Source: a virus (Duplodnaviria; Caudoviricetes). From it: a DNA stretch of 64,000 bases. Positions 1 to 9,701 of the stretch are shown here, piece after piece; within the stretch, counting starts at the first letter, position 1, and each line of letters begins with the position of its first letter. The position numbers and the translations under genes are program-made. The notes beneath the pieces are model-generated. The model ran no database searches. It worked only from the letters and a program-made list of their open reading frames with translations, and was not told where the DNA came from. The stretch lies in IMG/VR virus record IMGVR_UViG_3300037851_000671, positions 154,773-218,772 of that record. One strand, given 5' to 3'.

Positions 1-41
1 TCACACCGCCAGCCGGTCCCTTCACATATCCATGAGGGTTC

Positions 42-908
42 ATGACTTATTCAACCTTGACAACAAAAGATGCTACAGTGGATGATGGATTGAAATTCTA
101 TGACACTCTTTTCCATTGTCGTGGCAATGGCACTAACGGATCCACTACATTTACAGATATAAGCCCAAATGAAATATCATTGGTAGCATCTGGTCACGCA
201 CAAGTATCAACTGCCGTTACAAAATTTGGCAACGGATCTTTATATGTAGATGGTTATACGGTTGCTGACGGATATTCTTGTGTAGAAGGTGACAACGGAG
301 CTGCTCAAATATACGTGGGTAATTCTGATTATTGTATGGAAACGTGGTTCTATCTAAACTCATGGGGGGCATTTCTTATGGGGGCTGGTTTGGATAGGGA
401 TGGCCAAGGCACCGTATTACACGTTGATGCTGGTGGAACTCATCAGCTTTGCACCACATACCACATAGGAACAACCGGATCTGGTTACAGTTTGTTCGAG
501 TGGAGTATTGCCAGTTCTATTGGTGTTACTTTAAATACCTGGCATCACGCAGCTGTTGTAAGAGATGGTGAAATGGGTGTTATGAGAGTGTTCTTGGATG
601 GTGTTCCTGGTAGTTACTATTCAATTGGAACAAATGAAATACATATGTTTGGTGGTAGACTTTGGTTGGGTGCTTGTCCATTTGGTAGAATCAGTACCAC
701 CATGAATGGTTATCTAGAGGAGATGAGAATCACAGTGGGTAGCCCAATGTATCGCGGTCCATTCACACCTCCAGCGGCCCCATTTTCTGGTAAACAAGCA
801 TATCCGGCTGATGGTGTTACAGGGGAGGTTAGAGATGGTACTATTGGAATGTACGTATGCGATTCCCCTTCGTACAAAAGATGGACACGATTGAATGTGA
901 TAAGGTGA
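42..908 (+). CDS. LamG/concanavalin A-like domain protein, probably tail/fibre associated
   Basis: 'GNGTNGSTTFTD', 'KFGNGSLY', 'WHHAAVVRDG..MRVFLDG', 'MNGYLEEMRITVG..Y..FTPP' are typical phage LamG-like motifs. Confidence 0.65.
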   Translation: MTYSTLTTKDATVDDGLKFYDTLFHCRGNGTNGSTTFTDISPNEISLVASGHAQVSTAVTKFGNGSLYVDGYTVADGYSCVEGDNGAAQIYVGNSDYCMETWFYLNSWGAFLMGAGLDRDGQGTVLHVDAGGTHQLCTTYHIGTTGSGYSLFEWSIASSIGVTLNTWHHAAVVRDGEMGVMRVFLDGVPGSYYSIGTNEIHMFGGRLWLGACPFGRISTTMNGYLEEMRITVGSPMYRGPFTPPAAPFSGKQAYPADGVTGEVRDGTIGMYVCDSPSYKRWTRLNVIR

Positions 909-911
909 AAT

Positions 912-1727
912 ATGACGTATCTTCCTATTGGTAAAAAAGACGCTGAAACGGAACCTCTATTAGACCATCTTTACACTAAGTTTCAACTAAGTGGTGATAG
1001 TTTTACAGATGTTAGTTTAAGTGCATTACCAATAAGCAATACAAGTGTAACCATTGATACTAACATAAAACAATACGGAAATAGCTCTTTGTATTTTAAT
1101 GGTGCGTCAAAACTGTTGATACAAAACTATGCAAAGAAGATTGTGTTTTCAACATATCCATGGACTATTGAGATGTGGTTACGTTGGGGGCAGCCTGGGC
1201 AATATGGGCCAATGATATTTACAGGGACTGGCCAACGTATGACTCCCAATGTGCTTGGTCAAGGAACTGTATTTAATTTCGCCTACACAGCTGCCAACGG
1301 CAATGTAACTTCATTTCTACAAACAACAGAATCTCAGAATGTTTGGTATCATTACGCAATACAGAGAGAAGAAAACAGAATTTACATGTATCTTAATGGA
1401 AATAGAGATTTGAGTAGTAACGCCACAAAGACGGTTGATCAGATTTGGCCGATACTTACAGAGGATGATTTTAGTATGGGTTGGGCACCATCATGGGGAG
1501 GTTTGAGCTGGGCGCATGCAGAGTTCACCGGATGGATTCAAGATTTCAGAATTACCATAGGAAAAAACAGATACACAGGACCCACATTCACCCCTCCAAC
1601 ACAACCATTGCCAATTCCAGTAGCTCCTCCATCAGATCAGATTGGTAAAGTAAAAACAGATCTTGATGGAAAGTTCTGGATCTATGGGCATCTAAACAAT
1701 ACGCAACAAGGATGGCGTTTACTTTGA
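912..1727 (+). CDS. LamG-like domain protein, paralog of 42-908
   Basis: 'KQYGNSSLYF', 'WYHYAIQRE..IYMYLNG', 'FTGWIQDFRITIGKNRYTGPTFTPP'. Confidence 0.65.
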   Translation: MTYLPIGKKDAETEPLLDHLYTKFQLSGDSFTDVSLSALPISNTSVTIDTNIKQYGNSSLYFNGASKLLIQNYAKKIVFSTYPWTIEMWLRWGQPGQYGPMIFTGTGQRMTPNVLGQGTVFNFAYTAANGNVTSFLQTTESQNVWYHYAIQREENRIYMYLNGNRDLSSNATKTVDQIWPILTEDDFSMGWAPSWGGLSWAHAEFTGWIQDFRITIGKNRYTGPTFTPPTQPLPIPVAPPSDQIGKVKTDLDGKFWIYGHLNNTQQGWRLL

Positions 1728-2000
1728 GAAGTCAACGTGTATGACTTTGCCATCGGCTGGTGTAACGCTCTCTACAACTTTCAGTATTGTTTGATAAGGC
1801 TTCTCAAAATTAATGCTAGCGGCAATCTGAGATGATGGTATTTTCAGATCGGTATCACAGGTTTTACACCACAAGTGCAAGGCAAACCCTGACTTGTGAC
1901 CAATGATGTTCCATTGTACTGCTTGTGCCTTGCAAGAGCATATTGGTTCTGAACATGTGATTGTGAAATCTGTAAGCATACCCAGATCTATATCCACCAC
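1719..2000 (-). CDS. hypothetical protein with Cys pairs (possible Zn ribbon)
   Basis: 93 aa ORF with CSEPIC and CKTC. Confidence 0.45.
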   Translation of the reverse strand: MVDIDLGMLTDFTITCSEPICSCKAQAVQWNIIGHKSGFALHLWCKTCDTDLKIPSSQIAASINFEKPYQTILKVVESVTPADGKVIHVDFSK

Positions 2001-2066
2001 AAAACAAAAGAGCCCCCATGAGGAGGCTCTTTCGGAGGAGGCTCTTTCGCTTGTTTGTTGGTTGCT

Positions 2067-2231
2067 TTACTTGGTATTAGCGCCGCCAACCTGGACAGAA
2101 CCAGCTACGCCGCCAGCTCCACCAAAAGACGCACCAGCTACAGAGGTAGCTGGAGCAACTGGGGCAGGAACGGTTTCCTGACATGCCGCAAACACAAACA
2201 AAGAAAGAACTAGAATCGCTATACTTTTCAT
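2067..2231 (-). CDS. small predicted lipoprotein, Gly/Ala-rich
   Basis: start at MKSIAILVLSLFVFAAC (signal peptide plus lipobox); directly downstream of two peptidoglycan hydrolases. Confidence 0.5.
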   Translation of the reverse strand: MKSIAILVLSLFVFAACQETVPAPVAPATSVAGASFGGAGGVAGSVQVGGANTK

Positions 2232-2244
2232 TTGAACAAACTCC

Positions 2245-2970
2245 TTAGTATGGTATTGCATTGGCATCGCTAATCGCTTGCTCAATGTCAACGTAATTTA
2301 ATCCGGCCGTGTCTATTTTGTTTCTTGTTAGATTGTAGTGGTTTACTATTCCACTATAACTTTCAGCGTCTGGTAACACTGTAGTAATCACATTGTCATC
2401 GGAATCGCGAGGGAATTTTGCAGGTACATTTGGGAACAGTTGAGTATACCCTGCAATCAATCGTACAAGAGAATTGATCTGTGCTTCTGTTGGAGTGAAA
2501 ACAAGCATCTGTTGACCATGTACTGTAGCCATTGCTGTTTCGTGTGGCTGTACATTGTACTTCTGTTGATTGGCTTCACTGTAGAGGTTTTTATTCTCCC
2601 ATGCTTGTGGCATGTAAGCAATCTCTACGCCTGATCCAAGGTTGTTGAAAACACCTCCCTGTGACCAGGCTCCATGTGTTATATCCAAACATTGATACAC
2701 TGTAGCATAATTGTTCACACTATCGTCATCTATGATGAAATTTACAGACAGGCCACGAGCCAACAGGCCTTGGAAGCAGCTTTTGGCAGTGTAAGTGACT
2801 GACCAATGAACAGCAAACTGCTTTATGGTATTCTGCAAATCTTCAAAGCTAAGGCTTCTTACATTGTATTTCTTTTTGGGAGTGAAGTCAAAACCACCAT
2901 CTTCATCCCACTTAATTACTGGACAACCTATATCTACAGATTGTTCTCCAGCGTATATGCTTGTTCCCAT
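2245..2970 (-). CDS. N-acetylmuramoyl-L-alanine amidase (Amidase_2-like endolysin)
   Basis: 'FAVHWS', 'LSVNFIID', 'SGVEI', 'IVNHYNLTRNKID' fit the Zn-amidase motif order. Confidence 0.75.
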   Translation of the reverse strand: MGTSIYAGEQSVDIGCPVIKWDEDGGFDFTPKKKYNVRSLSFEDLQNTIKQFAVHWSVTYTAKSCFQGLLARGLSVNFIIDDDSVNNYATVYQCLDITHGAWSQGGVFNNLGSGVEIAYMPQAWENKNLYSEANQQKYNVQPHETAMATVHGQQMLVFTPTEAQINSLVRLIAGYTQLFPNVPAKFPRDSDDNVITTVLPDAESYSGIVNHYNLTRNKIDTAGLNYVDIEQAISDANAIPY

Positions 2971-2973
2971 GCT

Positions 2974-3702
2974 TTATCCTTTTTTCTCTGGTTTGAAATT
3001 CCCTTTCACTATATCAGCCATAGTTATTGGGTATTGAAAATGATCTCTGTCCTTGAATCCGAAGCTACCGTCACCACCCCACTTCAATCCAAGATCCTGT
3101 CCAAATTTCCCAAGACTATCCCACCAGCTCTCTGGTTTTTTCCACGCCATCTGTTCTTTCTCTATCGGAACAACGTCAACGGCTAGACCAAAGTTGTGCA
3201 GTGAGCTTCCTGGTTTGGCGTTGGTAACTATAGTAAGAGCTTTGCCGTTTTTGTCTTCTTTTACGGTACGACCCTGGTCATACAACTCTTGCTGTCTGGC
3301 ATTGCTTCTATACCCTTCAACAATACGAAGCCTGACTCCAACTTGAGCCGCACTCTCCAACAGTTTCTTTACCATTGGTTGGAATCTTGAATCCAACTCT
3401 GACAGCCGTGACATAGACATGGAATCCACCTCAACTGGCGTTCCTGATCCGATGCCCTGGTGTTGAGGTTCTTCCGTTGCTGCCGGTGTCTTGGTGGCTG
3501 AAGAAACCTCTGGCTGCTGTTGTTGAGCAGGCGCTACCTCTGATTGATCGTTTATCGGAGGCGCACCTTGCCAAAACTGTTTCATCAGTGTTGAGACCTG
3601 TTTCTCAACATCAGACATACCTGTATCGGCGGTAGTAGTATTGCTGTCTAATGCGGCTTTATAGAAAGCTGTTGAGTATTGGTATAGGCGCTTAAAATCC
3701 AT
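2974..3702 (-). CDS. M15-family peptidoglycan peptidase (L-Ala-D-Glu endopeptidase-like)
   Basis: 'EGYRSNARQQELYDQGR', 'TNAKPGSSLHNFGLAVD', 'WGGD..F.DRDHFQ'. Confidence 0.87.
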   Translation of the reverse strand: MDFKRLYQYSTAFYKAALDSNTTTADTGMSDVEKQVSTLMKQFWQGAPPINDQSEVAPAQQQQPEVSSATKTPAATEEPQHQGIGSGTPVEVDSMSMSRLSELDSRFQPMVKKLLESAAQVGVRLRIVEGYRSNARQQELYDQGRTVKEDKNGKALTIVTNAKPGSSLHNFGLAVDVVPIEKEQMAWKKPESWWDSLGKFGQDLGLKWGGDGSFGFKDRDHFQYPITMADIVKGNFKPEKKG

Positions 3703-3725
3703 GACAAGATGCTAGAATATACGCA

Positions 3726-4049
3726 TCAACTTAGGGTTGAGGTTTTGTTTTTGCGCTTCTTCACCTTATTGCGCACCAAGCCTTTTTCCAGCCCTCGTTT
3801 GATGTGGTTCAACAGGTTATCAGGTATAGGTGATTTATCAATTGACTCGAAAGAAAAAGGGTACACACAGACAACATAGTCATCTGAATTGTACCCTGCT
3901 TCTTTAATCAGATCGTTGACCTCATTTGTCAGAGCTGTAAACATTGAGACCAGAGAGTGCCTAAGTTCTGTTTTGAACTCAAGCAATTCATCTGGCTTTA
4001 GAACGTCTTTGGTTTTGGCCACACACTCTTCCACAAGTTTATCAGCCAT
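3726..4049 (-). CDS. hypothetical protein
   Basis: 107 aa ORF packed in the minus-strand operon. Confidence 0.5.
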   Translation of the reverse strand: MADKLVEECVAKTKDVLKPDELLEFKTELRHSLVSMFTALTNEVNDLIKEAGYNSDDYVVCVYPFSFESIDKSPIPDNLLNHIKRGLEKGLVRNKVKKRKNKTSTLS

Positions 4050-4055
4050 ACTTTC

Positions 4056-4562
4056 TCATTCTGGAAGATCGTAGACCACAACATTGATATTGCGCTTGAT
4101 CAGTTCGTCATCAATTATTTGCTGAACCTTAGCCCAATCACCTCCAGCCAAACCGCAACCGATACGTGGCATGTGGGCAGTGCCGTTGTACTCGCTGATT
4201 TCATCACCGGCTTTGGACAGACACTTTTTCAGAGCCTCATAACGGATTGGTGGCTCGCCTTTTTCATCTTCACCAATGCCATGCTGTGCAATCATGTTGA
4301 TAATTGCAAGGTCACTGAGAACCTGAATAACCTGAATCTCTCCTAGCGGAATCTTTCCAAACTTCAGGCGCCAGAGGTTACGATACTCTGATTCGGCCTT
4401 TGGCCAGCGTTTTGCCAAAGCTCCTGAAAATCCGGCGCCATATCCGCCTACGTCATTACATACCTGAAGGATGTATCGCATGTTACTGCCCTGAGGCTGT
4501 GTTGCATCACCCTTGATGAACTTGAATGTACCCTGTGGGCCAAACTTGCTTGGTTTTCTCAT
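4056..4562 (-). CDS. macrodomain protein (ADP-ribose hydrolase, TARG1/DarG-like subfamily)
   Basis: 'IKGDAT', 'CNDVGGYGAGFSGAL', 'INMIAQ', 'HMPRIGCGLAGGDW'. Confidence 0.87.
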   Translation of the reverse strand: MRKPSKFGPQGTFKFIKGDATQPQGSNMRYILQVCNDVGGYGAGFSGALAKRWPKAESEYRNLWRLKFGKIPLGEIQVIQVLSDLAIINMIAQHGIGEDEKGEPPIRYEALKKCLSKAGDEISEYNGTAHMPRIGCGLAGGDWAKVQQIIDDELIKRNINVVVYDLPE

Positions 4563-4563
4563 T

Positions 4564-4791
4564 TTACTTTTTCCTGTATATTATACGACCCCTAGTCATA
4601 TTGTATGGATCTAATTCCACTTCTACAATATCACCGTCCACTATCTTTATGTTATGAGTTCTAATCTTACCTGACAATTGACATAGAACTATTGTCGGAC
4701 CTTTTTCTGTTTGAATTGAAACAGTAAAGAACCCATTACCTTTAGCGGCTTCTACTCGGCCGTCGAATCTTGGTTTATCATCTGAAGACAC
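4564..4791 (-). CDS. infA: translation initiation factor IF-1
   Basis: 75 aa S1-like: 'GNGFFTV', 'LCQLSGKIRTHNIKIVDGDIVEVELDPYNMTRGRIIYR'. Confidence 0.9.
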   Translation of the reverse strand: MSSDDKPRFDGRVEAAKGNGFFTVSIQTEKGPTIVLCQLSGKIRTHNIKIVDGDIVEVELDPYNMTRGRIIYRKK

Positions 4792-5330
4792 TTCAATTTC
4801 CTTTTTAAATAATCATCCTCAACGGGAACACCACTCACAAATACTTCGTTGAATATATCTTGTTCCAAAATCGGAATATGTTTCAATGACAGAGAGTTGA
4901 GTTCTCTTGCTTCGTTTTCAAGGTAGGATACAGTTACCATGTTGAGAATAACGTATCCCAACAGCAATGGACTGAAGTTGTATAGCCAACTCGACCCGAA
5001 AAGTGATGACCTGAGTAGACCATCATTTCCCAAAAACACCAATACAGATTTAGAAGAAGAGAAAAAACCAGCCATCCAATAACTATGTTTCATTATCTGG
5101 CCTGGTTTTGATTTCCTTAGGATATCACCCGTTTGATATAACACTGTTTTGGCAGGACAAACCACACCCATGCGATTTTTTGTCAATCGCAAACGGTTCC
5201 CCTCGGCATCCCTCCACTCCATCCACGAATCGTTCGGATGGAGCAAACACATATCAACGATCAAATCAAATGATTCGTTGCCTAAGTAAGCTTTTGCACT
5301 CGCTTTTTCTTTCGTGTATCTATCGCTCAT
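4752..5330 (-). CDS. hypothetical protein
   Basis: 192 aa ORF in operon order. Confidence 0.45.
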   Translation of the reverse strand: MSDRYTKEKASAKAYLGNESFDLIVDMCLLHPNDSWMEWRDAEGNRLRLTKNRMGVVCPAKTVLYQTGDILRKSKPGQIMKHSYWMAGFFSSSKSVLVFLGNDGLLRSSLFGSSWLYNFSPLLLGYVILNMVTVSYLENEARELNSLSLKHIPILEQDIFNEVFVSGVPVEDDYLKRKLKCLQMINQDSTAE

Positions 5331-6004
5331 CCTACCAACGATGTGTTATCACGTATAGGACAAAATGGTTTTGTCAGTGTCTTGTGCCTGGTTGCTTTCT
5401 CCCTGGCGTGCATCATAGCAATCTCTTCTTTCTGTATCTTGTTAAATGTGAACCAGTTTTGAGAAAGATGAGGCAATTGCTCAGATACAATCATACCAGA
5501 CTGAAACTCAATACACCAGTCTTGTGTGTATATTCTTTCATTGAATTTGTCTGTCCAAAGACCAGGCCACAGTTTCTCTGACAGATCTCTAATCTCTGAA
5601 TAATACAGCTCGTATATCGGAAGTATGTCAGTTAGTAAAGCTGATGTTTTTCTATAGCTCCTTGAATACAAACCCTGTGTTCTATCAATTAAACCAAGAA
5701 CAACACCTTGGTTTGCCTCTGCTATATTGCTAAGTTCAATAACTGTGAAATTGTCTTTTGCAATAATGTTGTTGCCAGAAGGGTATGTGTGTTTAAGTAT
5801 GTGTTCTGATTGAGTGTTAAAAACAGGCATCACCCCGATCTTGCCGCCAATCAGTTCTGTTGTTTTACAGGCGCAGTGCAATACAATAGCTGAGTTTCTA
5901 CTGCCATCAAAACCAACCACTAGTTTTTTGAGACCATATTTAGAGGTATAGTCTCCAATCCACTTGGCGATATGAAGGACCAATTGATCAGCGTCGTGAA
6001 TCAT
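5327..6004 (-). CDS. NAD+ synthetase (NadE)-like protein with degenerate PP-loop
   Basis: 'IAKWIGDY..KKLVVGFDGSRNSAIV' and 'DILPIYELYYSEIRDL' follow the NadE layout, but SGGxDS is not conserved. Confidence 0.5.
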   Translation of the reverse strand: MIHDADQLVLHIAKWIGDYTSKYGLKKLVVGFDGSRNSAIVLHCACKTTELIGGKIGVMPVFNTQSEHILKHTYPSGNNIIAKDNFTVIELSNIAEANQGVVLGLIDRTQGLYSRSYRKTSALLTDILPIYELYYSEIRDLSEKLWPGLWTDKFNERIYTQDWCIEFQSGMIVSEQLPHLSQNWFTFNKIQKEEIAMMHAREKATRHKTLTKPFCPIRDNTSLVG

Positions 6005-6270
6005 CGCTTTACATTCTTTAGCGCATTCTCAAGAATGCTTTTCAAATCGAGGCCCTTCATATCTGGAACCTCTGGTTTCTCAACTGTCTTGTATACCTTT
6101 ACGGCTTCCAAGGCTATAGTGGAAGCGTCAATTAACAGTTCATCTCTATTGGGGATGATAGCTCCACGTGCTTGAATGGCTGTGGTAAAAACATGGTACC
6201 AAACCTGAAACTCTTCGTATTTCATATTACCTTCATTTGAATGAAAGAAGCCTTTGGATTTCTCGACCAA
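6001..6270 (-). CDS. hypothetical protein
   Basis: short ORF in operon; true start may be the internal MKYEEF. Confidence 0.45.
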   Translation of the reverse strand: MVEKSKGFFHSNEGNMKYEEFQVWYHVFTTAIQARGAIIPNRDELLIDASTIALEAVKVYKTVEKPEVPDMKGLDLKSILENALKNVKR

Positions 6271-7153
6271 AACGGCTCAAGCCTTCTCCGCCGTGATTGA
6301 GCATAGGAGGCCACCACTTGTCGTCGAACACCCACGCAAACCAACTGTTCAATCCCATGGTGTAATCAAGCTCACGCTCGTACTTTGGATTGATACTCAT
6401 CATCTCTGGAGTCCATCCCGTTTCTGTAATCACAACAGGATGCTCCATACGGCATGTGCCAATCTGCTGAAATGTACGGAACTTGAAATCCGCTACTTCA
6501 CGCAGAAACACAGATTCTGAATTGGTAGGGTGCTCTGGTGGATAAAGGTGAGCTGTATATGCTATGTTTTCACCTTTGACAGGAATCATTATAGATGGAG
6601 ACAAATCATTGCACATAAGCGGTGTGCCAACTAACAACAACTTATCTGTCAGCTGTCTAATATCATATACCAATTCATTCATGAAAGGTATGTATTGGTT
6701 CCAGCTTTTTATCAGAGATGCTTTGACAATTGGCAGACAGTCAGCATTTATAGGCTCATTGAAAACCTCAAAAACTATATTTGGGTCTGTAAACTTTGGT
6801 GCAGCTTCGCGCCAGAACTGTTTAGCCACACCCAGGGTTTGGGCGTTCATATCGTGGATGATATGAAGGTCAATAACAACTTTCAAACCCAAACCAAGAG
6901 CCTCGGATACTATTGGTTCAAGCACCTTTTCAAGGTAGTTTGAATTTGGTTTCCAGGGGTTTGCTGATATGTCTTTGGTATCTTTTGATACCTGTGTGTA
7001 TACAGGCAGCCTAATAGAATTAGCTCCCATTAGGCGTATCTGTTTGATTTTGTCAACGGCATTTGTTTCCTGACCAATGTCCTTTAGGGACACGCCACGG
7101 AACAAGAACAAATCACCATCAAACAGTATGTCATTCTTTACTGTCCGAAACAT
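6233..7153 (-). CDS. glycoside hydrolase family 5 (cellulase-like)
   Basis: 'GANSIRLP', 'VVIDLH', 'FEVFNEP' (acid/base), 'YTAHLY', 'ITETG' (nucleophile). Confidence 0.82.
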   Translation of the reverse strand: MFRTVKNDILFDGDLFLFRGVSLKDIGQETNAVDKIKQIRLMGANSIRLPVYTQVSKDTKDISANPWKPNSNYLEKVLEPIVSEALGLGLKVVIDLHIIHDMNAQTLGVAKQFWREAAPKFTDPNIVFEVFNEPINADCLPIVKASLIKSWNQYIPFMNELVYDIRQLTDKLLLVGTPLMCNDLSPSIMIPVKGENIAYTAHLYPPEHPTNSESVFLREVADFKFRTFQQIGTCRMEHPVVITETGWTPEMMSINPKYERELDYTMGLNSWFAWVFDDKWWPPMLNHGGEGLSRFGREIQRLLSFK

Positions 7154-8141
7154 TTTTCGCCCTCACATATCTTCTCAGGTTGCCGAGGCGAACCTTTGGG
7201 TTCTGAAGAACAGGATCCTCTAGAACGTCTTGAAGTTTAGAGTGTTCTTTGTGGGCGGGCAGATGAACCTGGAACAGCTCTGTGTACTCGCAGCCAAAAG
7301 CAGCCCAATCCTCAGCCCTGTTGAAAAAGATATCATCAGCATTTAGATCAAGACACATTCTGACGAAATCGGGCATCTCATGATAGTTTGGCCTATAGAC
7401 TACGAAAGAAAACTTCAGGTATTCAAGCTGGCCACTTGACCTTAGACTAGATATAAACCTCAGGTTCTCTTGAAGAATCTCCCAAGAGAAACCGCGTCTT
7501 ACATCCTCGTATGTCTTTTTGGAAGCGGCATCTATTGACACCTCTATCTTCTTGGTTTTCTTTCTAATATCTTCTGGTAAAGAGTCCCAGCGTTCTTTGG
7601 TAAGCAGCGTTCCATTTGTATGGAACATGATTTTCTTCGCCGCTACATCCTCTGATTTCAACCAAGCTCTGACATGCGGGCTGGAGAAAGGATCCCCAGA
7701 CCCTATCATGATTATCTCTCCAATATCTCCCATGTCCTGTATTCGTTTCTTCAAGACATCGTGACGTTGGAAATTCATATCAACTATGATGTCTTTCCTA
7801 CAAGACACGCAGTAGAGATTGCATGTCATATCGTATGCAGCATTGACAATCTCTGGTTTGTTACGAACCGTTGGTGGTTCGTCTTCCATTGGAGATCCAT
7901 GTTCATCAGGTGAGTTGAGCCATGGACACTTCTGCTCACAACAGAATTTGTATGAACCATCAAGAATGCTATCACGGAATTCTTTGGCTTTTTCTCCGTG
8001 CCAAATTTCCAGACCGTCTTTAATCTGGAGGTTACCAACATAGGCTGTGTTCTCGTCTTTCAACCAGCCTTTTACACATAGGAATACATTGCCGTTGGTA
8101 GACACATCCATACGGCGGAAAGGCATGCTACAGTATTTCAT
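7131..8141 (-). CDS. radical SAM / SPASM-twitch protein
   Basis: CxxxCxxC 'CNLYCVSC', 'GSGDPF', 'TNGTLL', N-terminal 'YCSMPF..C' twitch motif. Confidence 0.82.
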   Translation of the reverse strand: MKYCSMPFRRMDVSTNGNVFLCVKGWLKDENTAYVGNLQIKDGLEIWHGEKAKEFRDSILDGSYKFCCEQKCPWLNSPDEHGSPMEDEPPTVRNKPEIVNAAYDMTCNLYCVSCRKDIIVDMNFQRHDVLKKRIQDMGDIGEIIMIGSGDPFSSPHVRAWLKSEDVAAKKIMFHTNGTLLTKERWDSLPEDIRKKTKKIEVSIDAASKKTYEDVRRGFSWEILQENLRFISSLRSSGQLEYLKFSFVVYRPNYHEMPDFVRMCLDLNADDIFFNRAEDWAAFGCEYTELFQVHLPAHKEHSKLQDVLEDPVLQNPKVRLGNLRRYVRAKNVSDSKE

Positions 8142-9039
8142 AATGTCCTGTTATACCAAGCTGTTTGGCTATTGACTCATCATCTATCGGCGCCCACTTG
8201 TCACGGTCAGGCCATTTTTTCATGATCTGGGCCGCACGCCATATAGCGGTGTTTACCATATCACCAGTCTCTCTTTTGATTTGGCCGATGACAGGTGACT
8301 CTTCCATATTAGACAGGTCAACCTTGACTGGCTCCATCAAACCATCACACGTACCATTTACAATATCAGGCTCAAACATACCTGACATAAAGAACATGTG
8401 ACCGCTGTTTCCAATCATGATTTCATTATCTGAAATCAACCATGTGTGCTTTGTATTTGGGTATCTGAAATAGCACCAATGATACCTTGATGTTCTGTAT
8501 ATCTTGGCACCATACCCGGCCATCTCACGCACCCATACAAGGTCTTCTCCCCAATCCATGTATGTAAACAGGATTGACTCTTTGACCCTTCCGGTAACGG
8601 TAGGGCCGTGTATGAATGGAAGTTCTGCTTCTGCGTTCTCTGGCCATTTGGTAAGACAATACAACCTACCATCTGTCAAACGCATGAAAGAAGATGTCTT
8701 ACCAACAATATCACCCTTATGTATGTTAGAGGCAATTTCTTCTAGATACACTGGGCCGTAGTAGTCATCATCATCCCAGGTGGTCCATATGTCATCACCA
8801 AAACCGTTGTCTTTCAGATAGAGCAAGGCTTCGTTTTTAGCATATGACTGATGTGGCCTGGATGTTAGAATGACATCAGGTTCAATTCCTGCTTTTTTGC
8901 AGGCGCCTACAGCCTGTCCATTCTCAACTATCAGAAGTTTTTTGTTATGATAGGTTTGAGATTTGAACAGGTCTACGACCCATTGAAGTTGATGTGGTCT
9001 TGAAAAAGGTACCACACACCAAATTGTAGGATTTTTCAT
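8128..9039 (-). CDS. glycosyltransferase family 2-like
   Basis: 'VVPFSRP', 'LLIVEN', 'WDDDDYY' DxD, 'GEDL'. Confidence 0.65.
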   Translation of the reverse strand: MKNPTIWCVVPFSRPHQLQWVVDLFKSQTYHNKKLLIVENGQAVGACKKAGIEPDVILTSRPHQSYAKNEALLYLKDNGFGDDIWTTWDDDDYYGPVYLEEIASNIHKGDIVGKTSSFMRLTDGRLYCLTKWPENAEAELPFIHGPTVTGRVKESILFTYMDWGEDLVWVREMAGYGAKIYRTSRYHWCYFRYPNTKHTWLISDNEIMIGNSGHMFFMSGMFEPDIVNGTCDGLMEPVKVDLSNMEESPVIGQIKRETGDMVNTAIWRAAQIMKKWPDRDKWAPIDDESIAKQLGITGHYEIL

Positions 9040-9659
9040 GGAGGAGGTGGCTCGTATAGGAATACTTCTACTGTTGTAAAGAAATCTTGATGACCGTCAG
9101 CTTGTAATGCTCCGCGTTGGATGGCAAAGCAAATCCTATCAGCGTTGAAAACCTCTTCATCAACACCTGGCATAATTGGTTTAACGCTAGCGCCGGTCGC
9201 AGGATCAGCAGTTGGGTCCTTGGAATTTTGATACCAAAATACGTATTCGCTCATACCCCATCCAAAACAATTTGGAATAGAACATGAACAACTAGGCCAG
9301 TATACACAGTTTTGTTCTACAAGCCTGATACTTGGCGTCAAAAACCCAGGATCAACTGTGGTGGGTTCTCTACCCGAATGATCACCAGGAGCATCCTGAT
9401 CAAGGTTTCTTCCAGTAAAAACAGCTGTACAACGAATGGAACCGCTTGATGACAGTCCAGCTTGATTGTACCAAATTGTAGTAAAATCAATTATGAATGT
9501 GCCAGCTGATATCCTTGTGCTCTCGAACGGTTTCGAGAAATCAAGAATGGTGTTCAGGTGTATCCCAGAGGTAGGTCCGTTGCCAAAAAGAAAAGGCAAC
9601 GGAGGGTATTGAATCCTGTCCTCGTAGGACTTCTTTAACATTAGCTTGTGCTTGATCAT
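9036..9659 (-). CDS. hypothetical protein
   Basis: 207 aa ORF overlapping the GT2 start. Confidence 0.45.
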   Translation of the reverse strand: MIKHKLMLKKSYEDRIQYPPLPFLFGNGPTSGIHLNTILDFSKPFESTRISAGTFIIDFTTIWYNQAGLSSSGSIRCTAVFTGRNLDQDAPGDHSGREPTTVDPGFLTPSIRLVEQNCVYWPSCSCSIPNCFGWGMSEYVFWYQNSKDPTADPATGASVKPIMPGVDEEVFNADRICFAIQRGALQADGHQDFFTTVEVFLYEPPPP

Positions 9660-9701
9660 ATTCTCTCACATGAAGAATGCTTTCCTCCATATATCGGAAT
9701 A

